Positions 24,201 through 36,385 of a stretch of DNA of 64,000 nucleotides are shown piece after piece; positions within the stretch are counted from its first letter, which is position 1, and the number at the start of each line of letters is the position of its first letter. The notes under the pieces are model-generated. The model was not told the origin of the DNA. It saw nothing but the letters and a program-made list of their open reading frames with translations, and did no database searches. Both the position numbers and the translations under genes were made by a program. Origin of the DNA: Octopus bimaculoides (lineage: Eukaryota); contig NC_069000.1 in assembly GCF_001194135.2 (NCBI RefSeq), forward strand, positions 863,307 through 927,306. The letters run 5' to 3'.

Positions 24201-27200
24201 CAAACTATGCAGAGATGAACGAAGACTTGACGTCTTATGTTTGGCATAATTATCGTAAATATTGTTTTTCGAATGAGATGTATCAGAAAAGTTAAGATGC
24301 GCAAGTCTTTTATACGACTGAAGGGTTTCTGGAAGGCTAAATGCAGATCGGAAAGAATTGTGACTGGCACCACCATTAACAGCATTAGCAACTGTGTTTT
24401 GTGAACAGACTGAGCCACTGTAACCAAATTCTGAGCTCTTCTGTGTACTTGACATAATGGGTTCTTGAAGTGGACCAAACAATCTCCGTTCCTTTAACTT
24501 ATCACATTTACTCTTTGGTTTTTCTAAATGATCCTTTGAAGTTATCATAGGCTCTGCATGCAAAGACACTGGCTGTCTAGTTTTAGAAATATTCATTTTG
24601 GCACCAGCTAATTCCTCTGCACATTCTTCAGCATAATCCATTTCTGAGGTAGTGAGACCTTTTTGAGAAGAGGTAGATTTCACACTGGCCTCTCGGAAAT
24701 CTTTCAAAGATCTTTCTCCTGGTATTTCTCCATTAGCACAGTTTTGGGGTTGATCTCGAGGACTGGTTTTGAATATATATTTAGCAGGTTTCAAGTCCTT
24801 CCTGGCAACATGAGACACCAAATTAACTTTTTTATGATGTGGCACCCTTCTTGACAAATGAATATTTAATGAGTTGGAACTGTGTGGAGTTGAAATGTTG
24901 GAATTATTACGAGAAAGAGGCATTGTTGCAGTAGGTAACGTAAAACAAGTTCTTGAGTGAGGTAAATTACAATGATTGCCTTGATTAGAAACACATTCAT
25001 GAGTCTTGAAGACAGGCTGTTGGGAAATGGTGCTATGTTGCACATTTTCCTAGAAAATCAGAAAATGATTCAATTTAAAAGTTAAACAAAAACAATTCTT
25101 AAGTATTAAATTTTCATAAAAATATTTTAAAAATTTGTTTGTCCATTGATTCAGTTCAAGGTTTTTTTTTTCTGTTAGAAAAGCATGAAAAAGTATCAAT
25201 ACCAGTAATTATCCTTAAAGGAAGACACAATAAAGAAATTGAAAATAAATTAAACAAAGGGAAAGGCTGAAAAAAAAAAAAGAAAAATACCAGCAAGAAG
25301 GGATTCTCATTTAAATACTCCAACCTCAGACTCAACAATGTGAGACCTCCTCACCCCTTTTCTACCACTACTGTAGTGGCCTTTGCTCTGTTACACCTGA
25401 TTAGTCTTGTGCCATTCCATTAACTATAGTTGAACACACACACACACAAGGTAAAGTACAGTAGGATGAAACCCAGAACCATGCAGTTGTGAAGTGAATT
25501 CTTGGCCTGACAGTGAATGTGTCAAAGGATGGAAAAGCAAAGTCGACAATTTTCCCCACTAAGAACATAAAAGATTGAAGCAAATACTAAATAATAATCT
25601 CATTTAGTGTTTACTCCATTCCTCTGTGTTGCTCTAAGCATGAAATATAAGTCAGTGTTGGCTTCCTTCCATTGAAGCTGGTGGGGTCTGCTTTCCATTG
25701 TGAGGGAGGGACTGTGTCTGTTCCCTGCAGAAAAAGTTAACAAATCTGGTGGTTTATGTCGAACTAATGCAAACAACTTGAGGCTGAGACAGAAGAAGAA
25801 AAATAAATTTAAGCTAGCAAGAGAGCCTGTTTATGATCATTTAATTAGCAAGAAATAGCAACTCAATCTCCTGCAAAACACATTCTAAAAGCATAAAAAA
25901 TGGTGAAGGACCTTTGGAAAGAAGGTTTGGTTGGTCAGAATTAATCAGGAGCTAAACAAAATTTAAAACAACATTTGCCAAACATACTTTGGTGTTGATT
26001 ATTTCTTGGAGATTTTGGTCAGATGTTGGGTTCCTCTTTTGGTCTTGTAATTCAGTAAGAATGTGTTGGTAAATACTCAACAGATGTTGGCAGTCCATCA
26101 TTTTACACAGAATTTCTGCACAAAATAGACATGCATACAAAGCATTAATTATGTGTGAGGGTCATTCATTTGCAATCTTCCAAGAAATCCAACCCAGCCC
26201 TTGAGCTGTTCATTGTTTGAAGGACAAGGAGAAATATTACGTTAATTCAAAACAGGCGAGGGTTAATGAAAGGAAGAACATCATTGAAAATGAATCTCAA
26301 CAAAGGCAATAAGAGAGAGGAGAGAGGGAGAGAGAAACGATTGCTATTTGCAGTCATCTTCAGTTGAAAAATAAACTAAAAGAATAAAGAATTTACGTTT
26401 GTGGTCATCGGTGAGGGCTTTAAGTTGATCTGTTAAACGTTGGATTTGAACTTCAAAATTGCCCCGTTCTTTGTTTAATTGTTGCTTGGCATTGTCCCGT
26501 TCATCACCAAGTCTACCAAAATAAGATACAAAATATACCTTTGATCATTTAATTTTCATCATAAGACTGGTAAAATGAGTTAATCCTTTTGTTAATATTT
26601 CTATTGAAGCACATAAACTTTGTGTGTGCCTAGATATACATAGTCTTCCTAATAAAGTTAGGTCCCATGGTTAAAGAAAAGTGAGTCTCACAGTTAAGGT
26701 TAGAAATAGTGTCACATGAACAGAATAATGTCTCAGCTTGCATTAACAAACAAAAAGCAAAGAATAAAGACAACAAATAAAGAAATATGTTGCCATAGTG
26801 AAAAAAAAAAAAAAATGAACATGAAAACGAAACTGACTTAGCTAGTTCCAAAATGAGATTGGCCACACGTAGTTTATCTTCCTGGCATAGATCTTTGAGG
26901 AGAATTTTGGAATAGTCTTCCTTTGAATTTCCATCATTGCTGAGTTTAGTGGAAGTTGATATTTTGCCAGACAGTCGGCTGGTCTTAGGATCAGATGACA
27001 TCTTGGAAATAATATTGAGAAAAAGGAAATTCATAAAATATAAAAACTGAGAAAAAGCTTAAAACATGAGAACCAAAAAGATAGAATGGTAAATATTCAA
27101 TAAGATATTGACTTTTTGTAAATAAGTAAAGACATACCGTACTTTAACGTGTATAAGGAATCCCCTAATTTTGGGGGCTTAAAATTTTGAAAAAAGGTTT

Positions 27201-27484
27201 TGTAAGGGATTATGATACTATCCATGGATAAAAAAACTCCCATATTTTTTTAACCTAATTTTTGACAAAAAAGGGTTCCTTATACACGTTAAAATAGGGT
27301 ATTTAACTGTCATGGCTCCCCAGTTGGAAAAGAGAAAGTTTGAGGACATACTCTCTGATTACAGGGAGGCAAATATGAGAGAAATGATAGAGAAGATTGG
27401 ACAGGATGTGCGTCCATTGCCTTCGGTTGACCAATACCAGGGGAGTGGAATTTAGTAGAGGGGAAACTGTGCAAAAGTCCATTT

Positions 27485-27521
<37 letters not shown>

Positions 27522-30244
27522 GTGTTGTTTCATGTCTTATAACTTAGTGGTTTATCAAATAGATATCAATGAAATAAGTTGCAGAATGAAATAAGTACCG
27601 GGATCTTTATCATCATTTAACGTCCATTTTCCATGCTGATATGGGTTGGAAGGATTGACAGGGAGCTGCACCAGGTTCCACAGTTTGATTTTGACCTGGT
27701 TTCTATAGAGGTGGATGCACTTCCTAATGCCAACCACTTTACAGAGTGAGGGCTTTTCACGTGGCACCAACACTCTTTACATAGCACCGTGGCTTTAGGA
27801 TATCAATTCTGTTGTGGTGATATCTTAAAACAAAATATATAACTAACAAAGCCATTGACGGTTCTATCAAAGCAGTTCAAGGATTCAAAAACTTCAAAAG
27901 AGCACAGAAAAACTCTACTTACAGGGTCTGTTTGAGGGGAAATTAAATTGTGTCGAGAATTGGTCAAAGGAGGAGATTTAAAATGAACTTCTTTGCATGG
28001 CTGCCACTTCACTTTTCTTGCTCTTTTGTTGCAATTCATGTCTACACCTAACACAAAACGAAAAATAAAATGTGAAATAATTGTTTTGAAACATTGGGTC
28101 TGAAAGCACATAATGCTATATACAATACCACGTCAATATTGAGTTGAAAAACACTTTAGACCGAAAAAGTTAAGGGCTGTTCATGGGACTTGAACCCACA
28201 TTTCCTGGAGATACGAACAGCCTTTGACTTTTTCTATCCAAAAGGATATTTCAACTCAGTATTTACATTCTATTATTTAAAGCTTTATGTGATGAGAGCT
28301 GTGTGAAAAAGTGCCATTCCTAAACAGTGGAAGGAATCTGGGGTAGAGGGAGACCCGGGAAGACATGGTGAAGCATGACCTTCAAACATTGGGCCTCACA
28401 AAGGCAATGACAAAAGACTGAGACCTCTGGAGGTATGCTGTGACTGAAAAGACCCGGCAAATAAAGTGAGTTCACAGCTGTAACCTACACCAGTGTCGCA
28501 TAACCAGCCCACTCAAAAGTACCTTGGATTGTAGGGCGACATGCTACCTATTGAGTCAAGTGCACTTTACATTATTTTGTTAAGGTTGTAGAAATAACCT
28601 TAACAAAATAATGAAATAAAGCTTAACACATTCTTAACTACAGTAAAAAATATGATGTGACTGTGTAACAGTTGTGGCAGGGTTTGAAACAGCAACTTGT
28701 AGATTAGTAATCAATGGGTTTAATGCCAACAGTTTTAACACATCACAAATAGTTAACAGAAACAATTCTCAAAGACAATCTTACCAGGTATGTACACACG
28801 AGTAGCACAGGAATCTGAAACAGAAGAGGAGCATAGAAACTACTGAATGTTTTTTAAATAGCATTTGTAATATCTGCTGATATTATTTATAACATTTATT
28901 GATGGATTTTACATGGAGAAGATGGAGATACAACACAAGATGGAGCAAAAGCCGCCTAAAGGTTAGAAGTACAACAACTTTGAAGAAATAATGATACTGG
29001 ACAATGGGGAGGTTTTAGTCAGGGCAGATGGTCTCAAGTGAGTTAAACTGAGTTAACCAATCTATGATAAACTATATGGACATAAAATGGCATAACCTTA
29101 GAATTTATACAGAGAAACTTGGGAGTCCAACATACTGTCTCTGTGATCCCTTTCCATTTTATACCAGAGGTCATTGGGTACATATTCGACGGCTTTACTG
29201 TGCGTGTGCGCGCTATCATTCGGCAAAAAAATGCACATATTGGCGAGAAATTCAATAAACAGGCAGTTTCAATAAAAGAAAAAAACTTGTTTATTTCGTC
29301 CGAGAGACACAGACACTCCCTAGTCACTGATGTCTTCCATAAATGCAGGGGACCAGGAATGGGCTCCTTTAGAAACCCGTAACCAACGACGCTGTTTACA
29401 ACATATCGATAAAAATACAAGACAAAGCAGCAAGTTGCTGGTTTGCTGACAATCATTAGTTTGTAGACCGCTTGTTTATGCTCCCTTTAAGCGTTTTGTT
29501 GTAGAGCCCCAGAACAGCTCTGACCTATAACAGTAACGTAGCTGGAGAGGACGAAGGACCCCGAGCGACGTTTTATAGGGACAGCACTTAAGGGTCCGCT
29601 CAAGGGTTGCCCCGAGCGGCCCTACTGCCATATAAACCTCCTACATGATACTGTGGAGTAATTTGAGACATCACGCTGCTATGTTTAGTTGGTCGAAGGA
29701 CCATATACAAGTTCCTTCATAGGTTAGTGTTTAGCTTGTTGATATTTAGCCCCAGGTCAGCCTCGGCCAAGCTAACCAAAGTATTAAATGTATTCCGACC
29801 ATGACCACCCCGTCCTTCTATAAATAATTGCGTATCTTAACCTATGTGTCGCTTTGGCTGCTGTTTCTAACAGGCCCACGTAGAGGCTTCCACTTCGGCT
29901 TGTGTTTATCTTAAAATATTATAAACGTTAACAGGTCTCGACATGCCAGCCTTTCTCTTCCGTACCATTGCACAGTAACATCGACGGTTTTCTGTTTGTC
30001 AACATATATTAAACAAAATAAACCGGCGACAATAAAAAACGGTCGACCCGGACTGAAATTAAAATGAGTTTCTTTTTGTAAATGGTGGATAAAGAGAAAG
30101 AAGCCATTCACCTTCACTTTTCCAAACGATATCGTTCTTTATACAACCGTTCGTATTTAAATCGCCCTCCGTTGACAACGACCACCACACACTCGGACTT
30201 CTCTTCTCTCCTGTCTCTGGTTGCTCACTCAAACAATTCGCCAT
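21286..30244 (-). CDS. KIAA1328: KIAA1328 (hinderin); exons 30244-30112, 28814-28785, 28047-27923, 27001-26838, 26512-26397, 26115-25988, 25049-23891, 23136-22977, 22426-22358, then 21405 into the gap; 3' end missing
   Basis: All junctions are GT-AG in consistent phase. Hinderin motifs as recalled: RVYIPGV, LKDLCQEDKLRVANLILELAK, MDCQHLLSIYQ, EERRQFLVKQRELLNEERNRL. The last visible exon (SLCLADLIDSIE...) runs into gap 20617-21285. Confidence 0.88.
27137..27299. mobile_element. 163-bp MITE with about 28-bp TIRs and TA flanks (pogo/Tc1-mariner type)
   Basis: The left end CCGTACTTTAACGTGTATAAGGAATCCC pairs with the right end GGGTTCCTTATACACGTTAAAATAGGG; TA on both sides. Confidence 0.85.
28320..28560 (+). 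mobile_element. RTE LINE 3' fragment
   Basis: TVEGIWGRGRPGKTW...DLQTLGLTKAMT.D, homologous to 33920-34070. Confidence 0.8.
29497..29632 (-). ncRNA. Candidate box H/ACA RNA in KIAA1328 intron 1 (sense)
   Basis: GC-rich 5' hairpin (29629-29578), ATAAAA H box (29576-29571) 14 nt after the upper stem, a weaker second hairpin, ACA at 29502-29500; about 136 nt. Confidence 0.3.
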
Positions 30245-31234
30245 TCCTCCAACAACCAATCAACGCATTCCTTCACAAGGCGCATGTGCAACAGCATTTG
30301 ACGTCGATCTTTTAATTATTCCGGGGCATCGGTTCTTGTTTGGTTTTCAATTAAATGTGGCGTGCAATGTTCTTTGTACACCATGCTTAAAGGTGTTGGT
30401 GATTATGCACTTCAACGCCTTTTTTTTTCCCAAATGCGTGATTGAACCGGTCTTTCTTTGAAAACGCGTAACTAAGGCCATCCCCCTATTTCAGACTCGT
30501 ATGACTTCTTTCCATCTCCTGGGTTATCACCAACTGTTCAAGGATTTTTTTCCTTGTCATATGGTGTTCAGTGAACCTAGCCCATGTTGTTGAAAATCTT
30601 ATCAAAGGATCTCGGTGTTTGTTACTATCCATGTTGAACACTTACAACATTGTTGCAAGGAACCACGTTTCAGCAATGTTGTTAAGCTTTTGCACTTGTT
30701 TGTTCCCTCCCACATCCTGGATGTTGCAGTTAATGGGAGGGTCACTGCTTCCGTAACCGAACGGAAGAAAATCCTGAAGAATCAGGGCCTGACAGTGAGC
30801 TCTATGTCAACCTGAGACGTTTGGAAGGACTCAGTTACTAATCGCGAAGTTCTTGTCACATATTTTTAGTGAACATCATTCCAAAATTGTTCTGGATCTA
30901 GTTTGTTTCATTCGTAAAATAAGCCCCCTTTAATTTTACTCAGAGCTTTCAGTTTTGGTATATCGATACAACTCTGAATTTTGATTACGATCAACCAATC
31001 TTGTAAATATGCATATTTTGCGAATGAAAAACAACTAGATACATTTTGGAAATTTCTGAAACATGTGAATAACAAAATCAAATTCAGCGTGAAAAATTAT
31101 GTCAGTATGTCAAATTGGTAGCCGCGTGTTAAAGTAAACATTAACCCAAATTTGATACACATTTTTAAAAAAAGTAAACATTAACAAAACGTTTTGACTA
31201 AATAGAAACAAAGACTGAGTTAAACTTTCGTCAT

Positions 31235-31341
31235 TGTGACGTGATTCTTTCGTTTTCTGGTAGCGATCAAATAAATCGGAAGTCTTCAAGTTGTGATATA
31301 GCTATCGCGCAGAAATTTATTCTCGGTGGGGGTGGTAATTT
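31235..31341 (+). promoter_or_regulatory. Candidate promoter / non-coding first exon of the CARD-CARD gene, divergent from KIAA1328
   Basis: CRE-like TGACGTGA (31237), ETS-like CGGAAGT (31277), local CpG enrichment and a strong donor T|GTAAGT at 31342. Confidence 0.3.
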
Positions 31342-32011
31342 GTAAGTCTTCACGATATTAGTTTATTTACATCCTGAACATTTTAGTTACTACTGACATC
31401 TTTAAAAATTGACAGGTAAAAATTCGAATTTTAGTTACAATTAACATAACTTAGTTTACTTTCCTTAACTGATTTAAATTCTATTCTGTAAAATACTGCG
31501 ATTTACGTTGCATGAATAGGAAGTCATTTGTATCTTATCTATAAAGTAAACAAAAGAAAACCAGTTGATCACCTGCAAACAGAGTATAACAAATTTTTTA
31601 ATTAGAATGAGGAATTCCACATTCATAAACAAAGGTTGGCCCTAATTCTGCTTTGTGAGGTGGTGCTAAAAATAACAGCTAAATACCCTTTAAATCACAC
31701 AAACATTTTTTTTTTGCATAGTCGTATGAATTTTCATGCCTAGAACACACATTCGCAAAAGTTTTCTGAAAATTCTAAACAATAGAAAGATTATGAGGGG
31801 TTCTATGCTGCGCGGAGAGCAAAATTCCGCCAAAAGTTGTCAACTTATTGAAATTTCCATTGACTTTGATATGGTACGAAGTGCATAGCAATAGACCAGT
31901 TATTAAGATTTCTTTATTCTTTATTATCTACTTTTTGTCATCTATGATACAAGATATGTGGATATGCTTGATGCTTACTAACTTCCTGTACTAGGATCTT
32001 TCTGGATCACA

Positions 32012-32043
<32 letters not shown>

Positions 32044-33619
32044 ACTCTGTAAGAAGTTCTGTTTACAAATTAACCTCCATATGAATGGTGTAGGAAGGCC
32101 ATTGATAAACTCCCCTAAAATATCTAAATACTTTGCTGATAAAAATATTTTCACTTGGTTTTTAGGTTTTGAAAACTCAGCGGATAAGGCTTTGTCGATG
32201 CTAGATTGGTAAGAGGTGGGAGGTTACAGTGGCAGCAGGATTCAAGGCTGCCTCTCAGAGGTAGTGAACAAGAACATATAAGGTATTTATCAAGAGAAAT
32301 ACTACATGTATATATCATCATCATCATCATCGTCGTCGTCATTACTTTAAGTCTATTTTCTGTGCTTGTCTGAATTGAATTGGTTTTGTCCAGTATAGCT
32401 TCTGCTCAATTGTCTCCCTTCCTACTTCCAGTCTCTCTCTCTCTCTCTCGTTCAGTCTTGTGATACCAGCTTTCACCATTTCTTTGGCCTCTTTTAGCAA
32501 GTTCCTTCCACCTGTGTTGTCTGATACTTCTCCACCCTTTTCTGTCCATTCCCCCCACCTCCCTTTAATTCCTCTCTTCTCTGTCATTCATGCATGCTAT
32601 CATTAAATCCTTAATTTCAGCAGTTGTAATCATTATAAGATTCCTGATGAGTTTCAAGAAAAGCAGCTCTAATTGGAATGATCTTTATAATTTAGCCACT
32701 GAAACTTGTGGGTGTATTATCATCATCATCGTTTAACGTCCGCCTTCCATGCTGGCATGGGTTGGATGGTTTGACAGGAGTTGGCCAGACTTCTGTATCT
32801 GTTTTGGCAGGGATTTTACAGCTGGATGCTCTTCCAAATGCCAACCACTTTACAGTGTGGACTGGATGCTTTTTAAATGGCACCTGCACTGACAGGGTTG
32901 CCAAGTAACTTGCAAGACAGATCCTTTGAGAAGGGAGGGGGATTTTGGAGGAGGGGATCCTGTGTCGGATGATGGAAGGTTTTAGTGAGGCAGAGAGAGA
33001 GAAACAGGTGTCTGGCTGCGGAGAAGGTACAAGGTTACCCGGTGAGAGAGAGAGAGATCAGGAATGAGGACAGAAGCAAGTGGGCTGCTGTAGATGGTTA
33101 CTCAGCCTGAGAGGAGGAAGAGTGTGGGAGACAGGAAAAGAGCAGAAGAGAGAGAGATGGTAGCAAAGTACCAGGGCATACTCACAAGGAACAGGGATCA
33201 GAATATAAATGGGATGGTTGAGTAAAAGAAGAGAGAGACACGAAAGTCATAATATAAGTGGCAGGGTATTGGTGAGTTGAGGGTGAAGGAGAGGAATGCA
33301 GTGAGTGGTGAGGACCTGGGTATATAGAGGGTAGGGGCAATTGACTGGAGAGCAATTATTCAGTAAGCGGGGGCCATGAGGACAGGATTGGGGAGTGAGA
33401 GATAAGCTTAGTGCATGAAAGAGAAGAGATGTAGTTTGGTTTGTTGGGGTGGGGTGGGTGGAACACACGTGTCCAAAATTCCCTCAGCTATAAGCAGTGA
33501 CAGTGTTGTCATTTCCCCTGTCAACATATCATCTGCTGGTTTTGTGCTTTCAAAGAGGTCCCTTATTTGAAAAATGGGTGAGTGTTTGTGACAAGAAGGG
33601 GATCCAACTGTATAACGAT

Positions 33620-34200
33620 ATCATCATCATCATCATCGTTTAACGTCCGCTTTCCATGCTAGCATGGGTTGGACGATTTGACTGAGGACTGGTGAAACCG
33701 GATGGCAACACCAGGCTCCAGTCTGATTTGGCAGAGTTTCTACAGCTGGATGCCCTTCCTAACGCCAACCACTCAGAGAGTGTAGTGGGTGCTTTTACGT
33801 GTCACCCGCACGAAAACGGCCACGCTCGAAATGGTGTCTTTTATGTNNNNNNNNNNNNNNNNNNNNNNNNNNNNNNNNNNNNNNNNNNNNNNNNNNNNNN
33901 NNNNNNNNNNNNNNNNNNTTGCCGGGTCTTCTCACGCACAGCACATTTCCAAAGGTCTCGGTCAGTAGTCATCGCCTCGGTGAGGCCCAAGGTACGAAGG
34001 TCTTGCCTCACCACCTCAGCCCAGGTCTTCCTGGGCCTACCTCTTCCACGGGTTCCCTCAACTGTTAGGGTGTGGCACTTTTTCACGCAGCTATCCTCCT
34101 CCATTCTCACCACATGTCCATACCAGCGCAATCGTCTCTCTTGCACGCCACAACTGATGCTTCTGCTTCTTGCTTCTAATGTTCAGCTTTTCTCTCAAGA
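33620..34200 (-). mobile_element. Young 5'-truncated RTE LINE (gap 33847-33918), matching the copy at 6785-7803
   Basis: QERRLRWYGHVVRMEEDSCVKKCHTLTVEGTRGRGRPRKTWAEVVRQDLRTLGLTEAM; matching 3' UTR and (GAT)n tail; short TGCTTCT duplication near the 5' junction. Confidence 0.93.
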
Positions 34201-34384
34201 AGATATCTCAACATATTCTTCTAACTCATGCTACCATAGAAAAATGGATGTAAAATTAATGAAATGAAAACACTATACTGATACTTTTGTTGTAAATGTA
34301 TTTGCACAGAGTTTATATACAGGGTTTTTTACTTTCTTTTTTTTTTTTCAGTAATAACAGAAGAAAACACAAACTTCATTCAGC

Positions 34385-35005
34385 ATGTCTTCTTTCAAGG
34401 AGAAACTTTTAAACTGTCGGCCATTTATAGTTAACAACTTGGTTTCCATTGAAGACGTGATAGATACTTTAATTTCTGATGGTGTCCTCACAACCTCAGT
34501 TAATGAGGACATAAAAACCTGCCAGAATGACAGTAATAAAATACGCAAACTACTTGATTTTCTTGTCAGAAAAGGTAGTTCAGAATTCGATGTGTTCTAC
34601 TCTGCCTTAAACTCAACGGGTAATGAACACATTGCTCTTAAGTTAGCCTCTGATGAAACTACTTTGAGCAAGAATGAAAATGCTCAGTCTTTGCAGTTAG
34701 TAAGTAAGAAAAAAACTATCATGGACGATAAGGATAAAGACATTTTGAGAAAATTACGAGTTCAGTTTGTGAAAAATATGATAGATGTGGAAGGTGTTGT
34801 TGACATTTTGTTCAGTGAAGATGTTATCAAAGACTCACACAAAAGCTTAATCGTGAGGCATCTGGAACGGTCAAAGCAAATTCGAAACCTCCTTGATATT
34901 TTACCAAAACGTTTTAACAATAGCATGTCTATTTTCATCAAAGCACTTGAAGAGACTGACAATATAGTTTTAGTTAACAAAATTAAAGAACTTCGCCACG
35001 TTTAA
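34385..35005 (+). CDS. Tandem CARD-CARD-only protein, 206 aa, single coding exon
   Basis: Two roughly 88-aa units with a CARD pattern (DVIDTLISDGVL...KIRKLLDFLVRKG..EFDVFYSAL; DKDILRKLR...QIRNLLDILPKR...FIKALEE). Strong acceptor at 34351, in-frame TAA TAA before the ATG, AATAAA near 35412 and 35445. Confidence 0.88.
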   Translation: MSSFKEKLLNCRPFIVNNLVSIEDVIDTLISDGVLTTSVNEDIKTCQNDSNKIRKLLDFLVRKGSSEFDVFYSALNSTGNEHIALKLASDETTLSKNENAQSLQLVSKKKTIMDDKDKDILRKLRVQFVKNMIDVEGVVDILFSEDVIKDSHKSLIVRHLERSKQIRNLLDILPKRFNNSMSIFIKALEETDNIVLVNKIKELRHV

Positions 35006-35574
35006 AAAGATAACCTGAAAATTATAATGATTCTATATTAAAAACCAGTCCTTTTTTAACTTGTCTGTTTAGCATAAGATATGAAAGAAGGATATGGGAG
35101 TGGAGGGAGATCAGAAATCATTGAGGGTTTGTAACAAAGATGGCCCCAAACCCCAGATTTTGTATCGCTGTGCCTTACTTACACAGGTGTTCTGTCAAGG
35201 AATTTCACTGACTTTGCTGCTAAGGGACAAAAGACAACAATCACTGTGAAAACTGTTACCGTTCCTACTATGAGCAGTCATTGGAACCAACCACCAAAGG
35301 AATTTTGTAAGAAATATATGTGAACTTCCTCAACTGATATAAATGGAAGACTAATATACTTCAATATGGCTAAATTTTCTTAAAAACTGATAGAAATCAA
35401 AAGCATATTTCAATAAACATTAATGTTTCCTATCTTTTATTCATAATAAAATTCCAAAAGCATTTTCTTTTATTAATTAATCATCTGAAAGTTTCCACAT
35501 TTTGCTTTCTCTCATTTTGCGTGTATGCATATAGACATATTTTGCATTTGGTGTATTTAGTATATTTGATTTTA

Positions 35575-36050
35575 AGCCTTTGACAGGGTCCTCTGATCCT
35601 TTATCTGGTGGTAACTGCAGAAACTAGGGATAGATGAGTGGTTGGTGAGAACTGTACAAGCCATGTACAGGGATGCTGTCAATAAGGTGAGGGTTGGCAA
35701 TGAGTACAGCAATGAATTCAGGGTACAAGTAGGTGTTCACCAAGGATCAGTCCTCAGTCTCCTCTTGTTCATCATAGTCTTCCAGGCAATAACTGAGGAA
35801 TTTAAGATGGGATGCCCCTGGGAGCTCATCTGTGCTGATTACCTTGTTCTTATAGATGAATCACTACTAGAACTAGAGAAGTTTCAGGCGTGGAAGCAAG
35901 GTCTAGAATCGAAAGACCTTAGAGTTAACCTAGCTAAAACCAAAGTCTTAGTAAGTAAGAGAGCAGTCAAATCACAAATCCCTTCAGGTAGATGGCCCTT
36001 CTCAACCTGTTGGAAGGGCATAAACAGAAATTCCATAAGATGTACTCAGT
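35575..36050 (+). mobile_element. Decayed RTE reverse transcriptase core
   Basis: AMYRDAVNKVRVGNEYSNEFRVQVGVHQGSVLSLLLF...WELICADYLVL (degenerate YADD)...LRVNLAKTKVL. Confidence 0.92.
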
Positions 36051-36385
36051 CGTCAATATTTCATCTCATGTCTTCCTGGGTCTCTCTTCCACAAGCTCCA
36101 TCCTCTCTATGCAGTACTTCTGTATGCAGCACATGACCAAACCAGCACAGTCTTGCTCACTGCATCTAATTCCTCTTATGCCCTACTTTTCCCTCAAGAT
36201 ACCAGTGCTCTCTGGCACATGTACACTTACACTGCACATCCACTGGAACATACCAGTTTCACTCCTCTCTAGCCTTTGTATGCCATCTACATTCAGGGCC
36301 CATGTCTTACTACCATGTAGCGTTGCTGTTCATATACATGCATCATACAATCTTCTTTTTGCTTGGAGAGAGAGACCTTTGGTTG
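36051..36385 (-). mobile_element. Decayed RTE 3' ORF fragment, inverted and abutting the RT core
   Basis: Minus strand TKGLSLQAKRRLYDACI*TATLHGSKTWAL...GMFQWMC...RPRKT. Confidence 0.85.

Noticed and set aside
25612-25770. Possible extra KIAA1328 exon
   Set aside because: Phases do not fit; 25988 joins 25049 directly in phase 0.
30480-30820. Short ORFs between KIAA1328 and the CARD gene
   Set aside because: No assignable motif in any frame; probably a decayed repeat.
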